Positions 56,092 through 64,000 of a stretch of 64,000 bases of DNA are shown one piece after another. Position 1 is the stretch's first letter, and every line of letters starts with the position of its first letter. Location: NCBI RefSeq assembly GCF_029213205.1, contig NZ_JARGNH010000013.1, positions 13,558 through 77,557 on the forward strand. The letters are read 5' to 3'. Source of the DNA: Pseudooceanicola sp. (lineage in GTDB: Bacteria > Pseudomonadota > Alphaproteobacteria > Rhodobacterales > Rhodobacteraceae). A model generated the notes under the pieces. It saw only the letters and a program-made list of their open reading frames with translations, searched no databases and was not told the DNA's origin. A program made the translations under genes and the position numbers.

Positions 56092-58021
56092 ACAAGAGAA
56101 ACGAGGCCTAAGTCGGCGCGGTTTCATGGGCGCCAGCGCGACCGGGGCAGCGATGCTCGGCGGTGCAGGCGGCAAGCTCGGTCTTCTGGGCGGCGCGGCT
56201 GTTGTAACGGCGGCTTCGGCCACAGCAGCAGCAGCGCAGGCCAAGGACCACCTCACCCCGGCACCGGGCGAGTTGGACGATTATTACGGTTTCTGGTCCT
56301 CGGGCCAGTCCGGCGAAATGCGCATCCTGGGCTTCCCCTCGATGCGGGAATTGATGCGAGTGCCGGTGTTCAACCGCTGCTCGGCCACCGGCTGGGGCCA
56401 GACCAACGAAAGCCTGAAGATTCTGACCCAGGACATGCAGCCGCAGACCAAGGAATATCTGGCGGCCCAGGGCAAGAAGGTGCACGACAACGGCGACCTT
56501 CACCACCCGCATATGTCCTTCACCGATGGCACCTATGACGGGCGCTTCATCTTCATGAACGACAAGGCCAATACCCGCGTTGCGCGGGTGCGCTGCGACG
56601 TGATGAAATGCGACCGGATCATCGACATTCCCAACGCCAAGGCGATCCACGGCCTGCGGCCACAGAAGTTCCCGCGCACCGGCTATGTCTTTGCCAACGG
56701 CGAAGACGAGGTGCCGATGGTCAATGACGGCAAGATCCTGGACGAGCCGGAAAAATACGTGAACTTTTTCACCGCCATTGACGGCGACACGATGGAGATC
56801 GCCTGGCAGGTGATGGTCTCGGGCAACCTTGACAACACCGACTGCGATTACCAGGGCAAATACGCCTTCTCGACCTCCTACAACTCGGAAATGGGCATGA
56901 CCCTGCCCGAGATGATGGAGGCAGAGCGTGACCATGTCGTGATCTTCAACCTTGCCGAGATCGAGAAGGGCATCGAGGCCGGTGACTATATCGAGCTGAA
57001 CGGCGTCAAGGTGATCGACGGGCGCAAGGAGAAGAACAAGAACTACACCCGCTATGTGCCGATCCCCAACAGCCCGCACGGCATCAACACCGCGCCCGAC
57101 ATGAAACACGTCGTGGTCAACGGCAAGCTGTCGCCGACCTGTTCGGTGCTGGATGTCACCAAGTTCGACGCGCTGTTTGAATCGGATGTGGACCCGCGGT
57201 CGGTTGTCGTGGCCGAGCCGGAACTGGGCCTTGGCCCGCTGCACACCGCGTTCGATGGCAAGGGGTTTGCCTATACGACGCTGTTCCTGGACAGTCAGAT
57301 CGTGAAGTGGGACATGGCCAAGGCCGTCGAGGCCTATGCCGGTGCCGACGTCGATCCGATCATATCCAAGGTCGATGTGCATTATCAGCCCGGTCACAAC
57401 CACACCACCATGGGCGAAACCAAGGAGGCCGATGGCAACTGGCTGATCTCGCTCAACAAGTTCTCCAAGGACCGGTTCATCAACGTCGGCCCGCTGAAGC
57501 CCGAGAACGAGCAGGTCATCGATATCTCGACCGATGACATGAAGGTGGTTCACGACGGCCCGACCTTTGCCGAACCGCATGACGTGATCCTGGTGCGGCG
57601 CGACATCGTCAACCCGGTCAATGTCTGGGACCGCAACGATCCGATGTGGGCCGACACGCGCGCGCAGGCCGAGGCCGACGGCATTGATCTTGATGATTAT
57701 CAGGACAGTGTGATCCGCGACGGCAACAAGGTCCGGGTCTATATGAGCAGCCAGGCACCTGAGTTCAGCCTGTCGCAGTTCACGGTGAAGCAAGGCGACG
57801 AGGTGACGGTCATTGTCACCAACCTGGATGACATCGACGACCTGACCCACGGCTTCACGCTGAACAACCACGGCGTGGCGATGGAAATCGGGCCGCAGGC
57901 GACGTCCTCGGTCACCTTCATCGCGGCAAAACCCGGGGTCTACTGGTACTATTGCCAGTGGTTCTGCCACGCGCTGCACATGGAAATGCGCGGCCGTATG
58001 CTTGTGGAACCCAAAGCCTGA
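56084..58021 (+). CDS. nosZ: Tat-dependent (clade I) nitrous oxide reductase
   Basis: SRRGFM Tat signal, DLHHPH, PHG, GPLHT, YQPGH, EPHD, and CuA motif [14 protein letters not shown]. Confidence 0.98.
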   Translation: MSEQEKRGLSRRGFMGASATGAAMLGGAGGKLGLLGGAAVVTAASATAAAAQAKDHLTPAPGELDDYYGFWSSGQSGEMRILGFPSMRELMRVPVFNRCSATGWGQTNESLKILTQDMQPQTKEYLAAQGKKVHDNGDLHHPHMSFTDGTYDGRFIFMNDKANTRVARVRCDVMKCDRIIDIPNAKAIHGLRPQKFPRTGYVFANGEDEVPMVNDGKILDEPEKYVNFFTAIDGDTMEIAWQVMVSGNLDNTDCDYQGKYAFSTSYNSEMGMTLPEMMEAERDHVVIFNLAEIEKGIEAGDYIELNGVKVIDGRKEKNKNYTRYVPIPNSPHGINTAPDMKHVVVNGKLSPTCSVLDVTKFDALFESDVDPRSVVVAEPELGLGPLHTAFDGKGFAYTTLFLDSQIVKWDMAKAVEAYAGADVDPIISKVDVHYQPGHNHTTMGETKEADGNWLISLNKFSKDRFINVGPLKPENEQVIDISTDDMKVVHDGPTFAEPHDVILVRRDIVNPVNVWDRNDPMWADTRAQAEADGIDLDDYQDSVIRDGNKVRVYMSSQAPEFSLSQFTVKQGDEVTVIVTNLDDIDDLTHGFTLNNHGVAMEIGPQATSSVTFIAAKPGVYWYYCQWFCHALHMEMRGRMLVEPKA

Positions 58022-59349
58022 TGAAACGCCTCGTCTCCCTTGCGTTGGTATTGATCCTGGCCGGCTTGCCCACATGGGCGGCCAGGATCGATCTGCAGCC
58101 TGCAGAGGGCGCCTTGTCGCGCGCCCTGCAGGCGGCGCGTCCGGGGGATGAGATCGTTCTTGCACCGGGCCATTATGCTGGCCCGGTGCGCATCGAAATT
58201 TCTTTGACCCTGACCGGCGGTCCCGGCGTGGTCATCGACGGTGGCGGCATCGGATCGGTGATCACGGTGGATGCGGCCGATGTGACGGTTCAATCCCTGA
58301 CACTGATCAATTCAGGCCGGGTGCATGAACCCATCGACGCCGGGATCAAGCTGACCCAAAAGGCCCGCCGGGCGCAGGTTCTGGACAACGAGCTGAGCGG
58401 CAATCTGGTGGGAATCGACATTCACGGTGCCCGCGATGCACTGGTCAAAGGCAATCGCATCATCGGCCTGCAACTCAGGCGGATGAATGATCGTGGCAAC
58501 GGCATCTACGTCTGGAACGCGCCCGGTTCTATTGTCGAGGATAACGAGATCCGCTTTGGCCGCGACGGGATTTTTTCCAACGTTTCCAAACGCAACATCT
58601 ATCGCGGCAACCTGATGCGCGACCTGCGCTTTGCCGTGCATTACATGTCCACCAACGACAGCGAGGTGTCGGACAACGTCTCGATCGGCAACCACCTCGG
58701 CTTTGCGATGATGTATTCCGACCGGATCGTGGCGCGGGACAATATCTCGATCAACGACCGTGATTACGGGGTGATGCTGAACTACGCCAATCAATCCGAT
58801 ATCTTTGCCAACCAGGTCATCGGCGGCGCGAAGAAATGCACCTTTGTCTATAATTCGCACCGCAACCTGATCGCCGAAAACCGCTTTGACGGCTGCGATA
58901 TCGGCATTCACTTCACCGCTGGCTCAGAGCGCAACACGATCACCGGCAATGCCTTTGTCGGCAACCGGACCCAGGTCAAATATGTCGGCACCCGCGATGT
59001 CGAGTGGAGCTTTGACGGCCGTGGCAATTTCTGGTCGGACCATCCCTCGTTTGACCTGAACGGCGACAGCCGCGCCGACAGTGCCTATCGGCCCAATGAC
59101 CTGATGGATCACATCCTGTGGTCGCAGCCCGCCGCCAAGCTGCTGATCGGCACGCCAGCGGTGCAATTGGTGCGCTGGAGCCAGGAACAATTTCCCGCCA
59201 TCGCGCCCGGCGGCGTGGTCGACAGCCACCCGCTGATCGCCGCCCCGGATTTCGTGATCTCGCCGGACCTGATGTCATTCGCCCGCGCCACCGCGGGCCG
59301 GGGAAACGGAGCAAGCCAAGACGATGCTGCACATATCCAACCTGACTAA
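58021..59349 (+). CDS. nosD: Nitrous oxide reductase maturation protein NosD
   Basis: Beta-helix repeats, RGNGIYVWN, LRFAVHYM, GNFWSD. Confidence 0.95.
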   Translation: MKRLVSLALVLILAGLPTWAARIDLQPAEGALSRALQAARPGDEIVLAPGHYAGPVRIEISLTLTGGPGVVIDGGGIGSVITVDAADVTVQSLTLINSGRVHEPIDAGIKLTQKARRAQVLDNELSGNLVGIDIHGARDALVKGNRIIGLQLRRMNDRGNGIYVWNAPGSIVEDNEIRFGRDGIFSNVSKRNIYRGNLMRDLRFAVHYMSTNDSEVSDNVSIGNHLGFAMMYSDRIVARDNISINDRDYGVMLNYANQSDIFANQVIGGAKKCTFVYNSHRNLIAENRFDGCDIGIHFTAGSERNTITGNAFVGNRTQVKYVGTRDVEWSFDGRGNFWSDHPSFDLNGDSRADSAYRPNDLMDHILWSQPAAKLLIGTPAVQLVRWSQEQFPAIAPGGVVDSHPLIAAPDFVISPDLMSFARATAGRGNGASQDDAAHIQPD

Positions 59350-60208
59350 GCGCTATGGCGGTCAGATCGCGTTGGACTCTGTCGATCTGTCCATCGCGCC
59401 GGGCGAACGGGTGGCCCTGCTGGGCCATAACGGCGCCGGGAAGTCGACGCTGATGAAAATGGTTCTGGGCCTGCTGGCGCCCTCGGGCGGTGCGATCACG
59501 GTGGCTGGTCATGCGCCGGGGTCACGGGCCGCCCGCGACCTGACCGCCTATTTGCCGGAAAACATCGCGTTTCACCCGGCGCTGACCGGGCGCGAGCAAA
59601 TTCGCCATTTCCTGCGCCTGCGCGGCCGCCCGGCATCCGAGGCCGATGGGCTGCTCGACAAGGTCGGGCTGGCGGATGCCGCGCGGCAGCGGATCGGCAC
59701 CTATTCCAAAGGCATGCGCCAGCGCGTCGGCCTGGCGCAGGCGCTGATCGGTCGCGCGGCGCTGATGGTGCTGGACGAACCGACCTCCGGGCTCGATCCG
59801 GTGTCGCGACGGGAATTCTATGCCCTGCTGGACGACCTGGCGGCAAACGGCACCGCCATCCTGATGTCCTCGCATGCGCTGTCCGAAGTCGAGGTGCGCA
59901 CCGATCGCATTGCCATCCTGTCCAAGGGCCGCAAGGTCGCCGATGGATCGCTCAGCGCCCTGCGCGCCGCGGCGGCGCTGCCGTTGACGGTGCAGCTGCG
60001 CCCGCAACCGGGGCAGGCGGCACAATTGGCGGCGACCTTCCCCGAGGCTCGGCAGATTGGCGAGATCCTGACACTGGCCTGCGCCCAGTCCGACAAATCC
60101 GAGATCCTGAGCCGGATCGCCGCCCGCCGCACATTGATCGAGGATTTCGATTTCTTGCCTCCCAGCCTGGATGACATCTATGTCCAGATCAGCCGGAGTG
60201 CGGCGTGA
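59324..60208 (+). CDS. nosF: ABC ATPase NosF
   Basis: GHNGAGKST, YSKGMRQR, LDEPTSGLDP; located within the nos operon. Confidence 0.93.
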   Translation: MLHISNLTKRYGGQIALDSVDLSIAPGERVALLGHNGAGKSTLMKMVLGLLAPSGGAITVAGHAPGSRAARDLTAYLPENIAFHPALTGREQIRHFLRLRGRPASEADGLLDKVGLADAARQRIGTYSKGMRQRVGLAQALIGRAALMVLDEPTSGLDPVSRREFYALLDDLAANGTAILMSSHALSEVEVRTDRIAILSKGRKVADGSLSALRAAAALPLTVQLRPQPGQAAQLAATFPEARQIGEILTLACAQSDKSEILSRIAARRTLIEDFDFLPPSLDDIYVQISRSAA

Positions 60209-61035
60209 TGTTGACGCGGATCCTTTCGACATTCGGCATCGAGTTCGCCATCGCCCTGCGCAACCGCTGGCTCAGCATTGCGGTGGTGATGATGGTGCTG
60301 TTCTCGCTGGTCCTGTCGGTGGCCGGGTCGGCGCCCTCCGGTGAATTTGGCGCGGACCGGCTGTCGCTCACCGTTGCCAGCCTGACCTCGCTCTCGGTCT
60401 ATCTGATGCCGCTGATGGCGCTGATCATCTCTTTCGATGCCATTGCCGGCGAGGTCGAGCGTGGCACCCTGCCGCTCTACCTGGCCTATCCGGTCAGCCG
60501 GGGTGAGCTGCTGATTGGCAAGCTGGCGGCGCAGCTGGTGCTGATTTCCATCGCCGTCTGCCTTGGCTATGGCGTGGCGGCGGCGGTGGCCTTTTGGTTC
60601 AGCGGTGCCGAGGCCATTGCCGGGCTGCCCGCCTTATGGCGGCTGGTCTGGACCTCGATCCTGCTGGGCGCGGTGTTCCTGTCGCTGGGGCAGATGATCT
60701 CAAGCCTGGCGCGCCGCCCGTCTGGCGCGGCGGGCTTGGCCATCGGGCTTTGGCTGATTGCGGTGGTGCTCTATGATCTGGGCCTGTTGGCGGCGATTGT
60801 CGCCGATGACGGTGGCGCCTTTACCACCCGGGTGTTCCCTTGGTTGCTGGTCGCCAACCCTGCCGATGCGCTGCGGATTTACAATCTTGCGGCCTCTGAC
60901 GCGGTCGGTGCGGCATCCGGTCTGGCGGGAGCGGCGCAATCCATCGCGCTGTGGAAACCGCTGGCCTCATTGCTGCTTTGGGTGATTCTGGCCTCGGGTC
61001 TGGCCCGGCTGGCCTTTGGGAGGGTGAAACCATGA
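60205..61035 (+). CDS. nosY: ABC permease NosY
   Basis: LRNRW, SLSVYLMPL, DAIAGEVERGTL, NPADALR. Confidence 0.93.
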   Translation: MMLTRILSTFGIEFAIALRNRWLSIAVVMMVLFSLVLSVAGSAPSGEFGADRLSLTVASLTSLSVYLMPLMALIISFDAIAGEVERGTLPLYLAYPVSRGELLIGKLAAQLVLISIAVCLGYGVAAAVAFWFSGAEAIAGLPALWRLVWTSILLGAVFLSLGQMISSLARRPSGAAGLAIGLWLIAVVLYDLGLLAAIVADDGGAFTTRVFPWLLVANPADALRIYNLAASDAVGAASGLAGAAQSIALWKPLASLLLWVILASGLARLAFGRVKP

Positions 61036-61610
61036 CAACCGGTCGTCTGAGGTCAGGCCTGCTGATCGCCGTCACCACGCTGCTGCTCGCGGGTTGCAAG
61101 GAGGACAGCGTCAGCCTGCCGCAACCGGTCGACATGTCGGCGGAGGCCGTGGGATTCTACTGTCAGATGGATCTGCTGAACCACGACGGACCCAAGGGGC
61201 AGATCCACCTGTCCGGGCTGCAGGCGCCGATCTTTTTTTCGCAGGTGCGCGACACCATCGCCTATCTCAACATGCCCGAGCAGAGCCACGCGGTGCTGGT
61301 CGCCTATGTTCAGGATATGTCGGGTGACGTAAGCTGGGCGCGGCCCGGCGGCTGGATCGCGGCCGACTCGGCCATATATGTGACCGGGTCCGCCATGATG
61401 GGCGGCATGGACGCCCCGGAATTCGTGCCGTTTTCCGATCCGGTCGCGGCAGCGGCATTTGCCCAGACCCATGGCGGCGTGCTGCGCCGCTTTGACGAGT
61501 TGGGATCGCAGGAGGCTGCCATCGGGGCGGTCGCCACGCCGGGTCCCGAAGATGACTCCAACATCGCCGACAGATTGCGCGCTCTGGCGCCCGCAGACAG
61601 GACCAATTGA
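61032..61610 (+). CDS. nosL: Copper chaperone lipoprotein NosL
   Basis: Lipobox LAGC, YCQM...HDGPKGQI, FFSQVRD, GGMDAPE. Confidence 0.93.
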   Translation: MTTGRLRSGLLIAVTTLLLAGCKEDSVSLPQPVDMSAEAVGFYCQMDLLNHDGPKGQIHLSGLQAPIFFSQVRDTIAYLNMPEQSHAVLVAYVQDMSGDVSWARPGGWIAADSAIYVTGSAMMGGMDAPEFVPFSDPVAAAAFAQTHGGVLRRFDELGSQEAAIGAVATPGPEDDSNIADRLRALAPADRTN

Positions 61611-61611
61611 C

Positions 61612-62541
61612 ATGAGCTTTTCCCATTCCTTTTCGCGTCGTCGCTTTCTCTCCTTCGCCTCCGCCGCCTGCCTTCTGGCTCCGGCCGCCTGGGCGTTTCA
61701 ATGGCACGGCACGGCGCTGGGCGCCTCGGCACGGATCATCCTGGACCACCCGGATGCCGAACGCATCACTGAGCGGGCGCTGGCAGAGATCACCCGGCTG
61801 GAGAACATCTTCAGCCTGTATCGCGACCATTCCGAGATCACCCGGTTGAACGCTGATGGTCATCTCGACGCACCTTCGTTCGAGCTGCTGGATTGCCTGG
61901 CCATCGCCCGACAGGCGCATCGTGTGACTGGGGGGCGATTCGATCCGACCGTGCAGCCGCTCTGGCGGGTTCTTGCCGACGCCCATGTCGCCGGTCACCC
62001 GCCAAAAGCCGCGCAACTGGCGGCGGCCCGGCGCAGTATCGGCTTTGAAAAGCTGCACTTTGACAGCGCGTCGGTAGAACTGGCCGCAGGTCAGCAGCTG
62101 ACCCTGAATGGCATTGCCCAGGGCTATATCGCTGACCGGATTGCGCTGCTGATGCGGGCCGAGGGGGTTGAGGATGTGCTGATCGATACCGGTGAAATCC
62201 TGGCCATGGGCGCGCCAAAAGGAAGTGACGCCTGGCCGGTGACGATTGTCGGTGAGGTCGAGGCCCGCGCGCTGAGCGGGCGCGCCCTGGCCACCTCGGC
62301 GCCGTTTGGCATGATGATTGATGCCGCCGGGCAGGTCGGGCATATATTGGACCCGCGCAGCGGCACGGCATTGGTCACGGATATTCGTCAGGTTTCGGTC
62401 AGTGCCCCACACGCGGCGCTGGCGGATGCGCTGTCAACTGGGCTTTGCGCCGCAAAAGATGTTACTGAAGCACGGCACTTGTTGCGAAATGTTAAAGACG
62501 CCATTCTGGAAAGCGTGCAAACAAGCGCTGATGCGATCTAA
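61612..62541 (+). CDS. nosX: FAD:protein FMN transferase NosX (ApbE family)
   Basis: SRRRFL Tat signal, FSLYRDHSEI, FDPTVQPLW, LNGIAQGY, HILDPR, ADALST. Confidence 0.93.
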   Translation: MSFSHSFSRRRFLSFASAACLLAPAAWAFQWHGTALGASARIILDHPDAERITERALAEITRLENIFSLYRDHSEITRLNADGHLDAPSFELLDCLAIARQAHRVTGGRFDPTVQPLWRVLADAHVAGHPPKAAQLAAARRSIGFEKLHFDSASVELAAGQQLTLNGIAQGYIADRIALLMRAEGVEDVLIDTGEILAMGAPKGSDAWPVTIVGEVEARALSGRALATSAPFGMMIDAAGQVGHILDPRSGTALVTDIRQVSVSAPHAALADALSTGLCAAKDVTEARHLLRNVKDAILESVQTSADAI

Positions 62542-62556
62542 AACAGGAGAGATTTC

Positions 62557-62976
62557 ATGAATCTGACGAAATTGTTCGGGGTTCTGCTGCTGGCGCCGAT
62601 GCTGGCCAGCCCGGCGCTTGCCGGGGATGCGGCCAAGGGAGAATCCACCTTCAAACGCTGCAAGGCCTGCCATGCGATCACCGCCGCTGATGGCACCGCG
62701 ATCGTCAAGGGCGGCAAGACCGGCCCGGACCTATTTGGTGTGATCGGCCGGGTAGTTGGCAGCGTCGAGGGCTTCAGATACGGCGATTCGATTGTGGCCG
62801 TCGGCGAAGCCGGCAACGTCTGGGACGAAGAGAATCTGGCCAAGTATGTCGCCGATCCCAAGGCGTGGCTGGCTGAGAAGCTGGACGATCCCAAGGCCAA
62901 GACCAATATGACCTTCAAACTGAAGAAGGGTGGCGATGACATGGCCGCCTATCTGGCCTCACTCGGGTCCTCCTGA
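62557..62976 (+). CDS. Class I cytochrome c (c2/c550 type), probable NosZ electron donor
   Basis: Signal peptide, CKACH, KTGPDLFGV, TNMTFKL. Confidence 0.92.
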   Translation: MNLTKLFGVLLLAPMLASPALAGDAAKGESTFKRCKACHAITAADGTAIVKGGKTGPDLFGVIGRVVGSVEGFRYGDSIVAVGEAGNVWDEENLAKYVADPKAWLAEKLDDPKAKTNMTFKLKKGGDDMAAYLASLGSS

Positions 62977-62985
62977 TCCAATCTG

Positions 62986-63020
62986 CGGGCGGCCCTTCCG
63001 ATTCAGGAGGGGCGCGCCCG
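62986..63020. terminator. Hairpin between the convergent cytochrome c gene and nnrS
   Basis: CGGGC-G-GCCCTTCC...GGAGGGGC-GC-GCCCG imperfect inverted repeat just after the cytochrome c stop. Confidence 0.5.
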
Positions 63021-64000
63021 GGATGGCCGCTTGCGCCCCGGAGCGGGCAGCGCCAGCCAGGGCACCAGATGCCCCGCCAGAATTGCAAACCCCAAAGTCC
63101 AGAGCAGCGCCGCGATAGCAATCCCGTCGAGGCCCGCAATCGCGAGCTCCGGCAGTGCCGCCCGGGTGATCGCAGCGGCGCAGATCAGGCCAAAGGCCAG
63201 GGTCAGTGTCGGCCCGGCGATCAGCCCGCGCCCGGTGTGACCGAGGGTGGCGCGGATCATCACTGCAACCGTCATCCCGCCCATCGCGCCGATCCCCAAC
63301 ATATGCATCCCCGCCGCCAGTGGCAGCCAGTCAAACGCTGCCGCGCCAAGCAGCAACAGCCCAACCGCCAGAAAGCCATAGGCGACATGCAACATCAGCA
63401 ACAGCGGCGAACGCCAGACCGCGGCCCCGCGCCAGCGTGACAGCCGGGCGAGATGCGCCAGCCCGCCGAGCCCCAGCAGCCCGCCGCTGACCGGAGATTG
63501 CGGCAACGCCACCCAGGTCAGCAATCCCACCGCACCCAGCGCAATCACCCAAGCGTCAAAGCGCCCGAACGGCACCGGCATCCGGCTGGCGCGGCGTTTG
63601 GCCAGCCAGTTGCGGGTAAAGCTGGGGATGATCCGCCCGCCGATCAGGGTGATCAGAAACAGCACCAGGGCCAGGCCCAGACGCCGGGCGATCACCGACT
63701 CGCCGCCGTTGATCACCTCGACATGGAATAGGATATTTGCCGCGCACAGCAGCCCGACGGGGACCACGACCTTGAGGTTGCGCCAATTCTTGCCGGCCAC
63801 GATCTCGAACAGGATCATCGCGCCGATCGCCAGCAGAAAGCTGCTATCGACCAGCGCCACCCCGACCGGCCCCAGGGGCAGCAAACCCGCCAGTGCCAGC
63901 CGCCCGGCCAGCCACAGCAGTGACAGGCACAACAGCGGCCAGCCCCGGGTCGGCATCCGCCCGCTCCAGTTCGGCACCGCGGTGAACAGGAACCCGGCAA
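63003..64000 (-). CDS. nnrS: NnrS family protein (5' end outside the window)
   Basis: LFTAVPNWSG, KNWRNL, GGRIIPSFTRNWL, LLMLHVAY, RATLGHTGR; adjacent to denitrification genes. Confidence 0.92.
   Translation of the reverse strand, partial: AGFLFTAVPNWSGRMPTRGWPLLCLSLLWLAGRLALAGLLPLGPVGVALVDSSFLLAIGAMILFEIVAGKNWRNLKVVVPVGLLCAANILFHVEVINGGESVIARRLGLALVLFLITLIGGRIIPSFTRNWLAKRRASRMPVPFGRFDAWVIALGAVGLLTWVALPQSPVSGGLLGLGGLAHLARLSRWRGAAVWRSPLLLMLHVAYGFLAVGLLLLGAAAFDWLPLAAGMHMLGIGAMGGMTVAVMIRATLGHTGRGLIAGPTLTLAFGLICAAAITRAALPELAIAGLDGIAIAALLWTLGFAILAGHLVPWLALPAPGRKRPSRARPS

Noticed and set aside
53866-62976. nos cluster as a novel system
   Set aside because: Canonical clade I nosRZDFYLX plus cytochrome c; only the upstream DUF2946-like gene is reported as a finding.
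1-64000. CRISPR arrays, rRNA, tRNA, prophage or defence genes
   Set aside because: No regularly spaced repeats or recognisable structural RNA, phage or defence motifs were found by eye.

Overview
A GC-rich alphaproteobacterial chromosomal window, most consistent with Rhodobacteraceae (SAM-SAH riboswitch on metK, irr next to fabA-fabB-fabI, TRAP transporter, clade I nos cluster). (1) 1-21.6 kb is core housekeeping: cmk (partial), aroA, trmB, metK, lnt, corC, ybeY, phoH, an ompA-like gene, miaB, fabI/B/A, irr, clpB and pyrF, with a few small insertions. (2) 21.6-30.4 kb is an RpiR-regulated amidohydrolase/TRAP/GS-like/ALDH/ADH cluster with the layout of the gamma-glutamylation route for ethanolamine or a similar amine. 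(3) 31.9-36.2 kb is a pqiA-pqiA'-pqiB-pqiC MCE lipid transport operon. (4) 36.4-53.3 kb is the main point of interest: a 15-gene accessory membrane-lipid cluster encoding an SPT-like alpha-oxoamine synthase, a DUF4833-like protein, myo-inositol-1-phosphate synthase, a KDSR-like reductase, a CdsA-like cytidylyltransferase, LptF/LptG paralogs, a LicC/IPCT-like nucleotidyltransferase, two CDP-alcohol phosphotransferases, a PimA-like GT4, a Stealth phosphotransferase, an FGGY kinase, a Frag1/DRAM/PGAP2-like membrane protein, an exostosin-like protein and an ABC exporter. I infer that it makes and exports an inositol-phospho-sphingolipid glycolipid (IPC/GIPC- or GPI-like), which I do not know to be described in this lineage. 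(5) 53.4-64 kb holds an FNR-box-preceded DUF2946-like gene, nosRZDFYLX, a cytochrome c and a partial nnrS. All family calls come from reading motifs by eye; no database searches were run. No rRNA, tRNA, CRISPR array, integrase or transposase was recognised.
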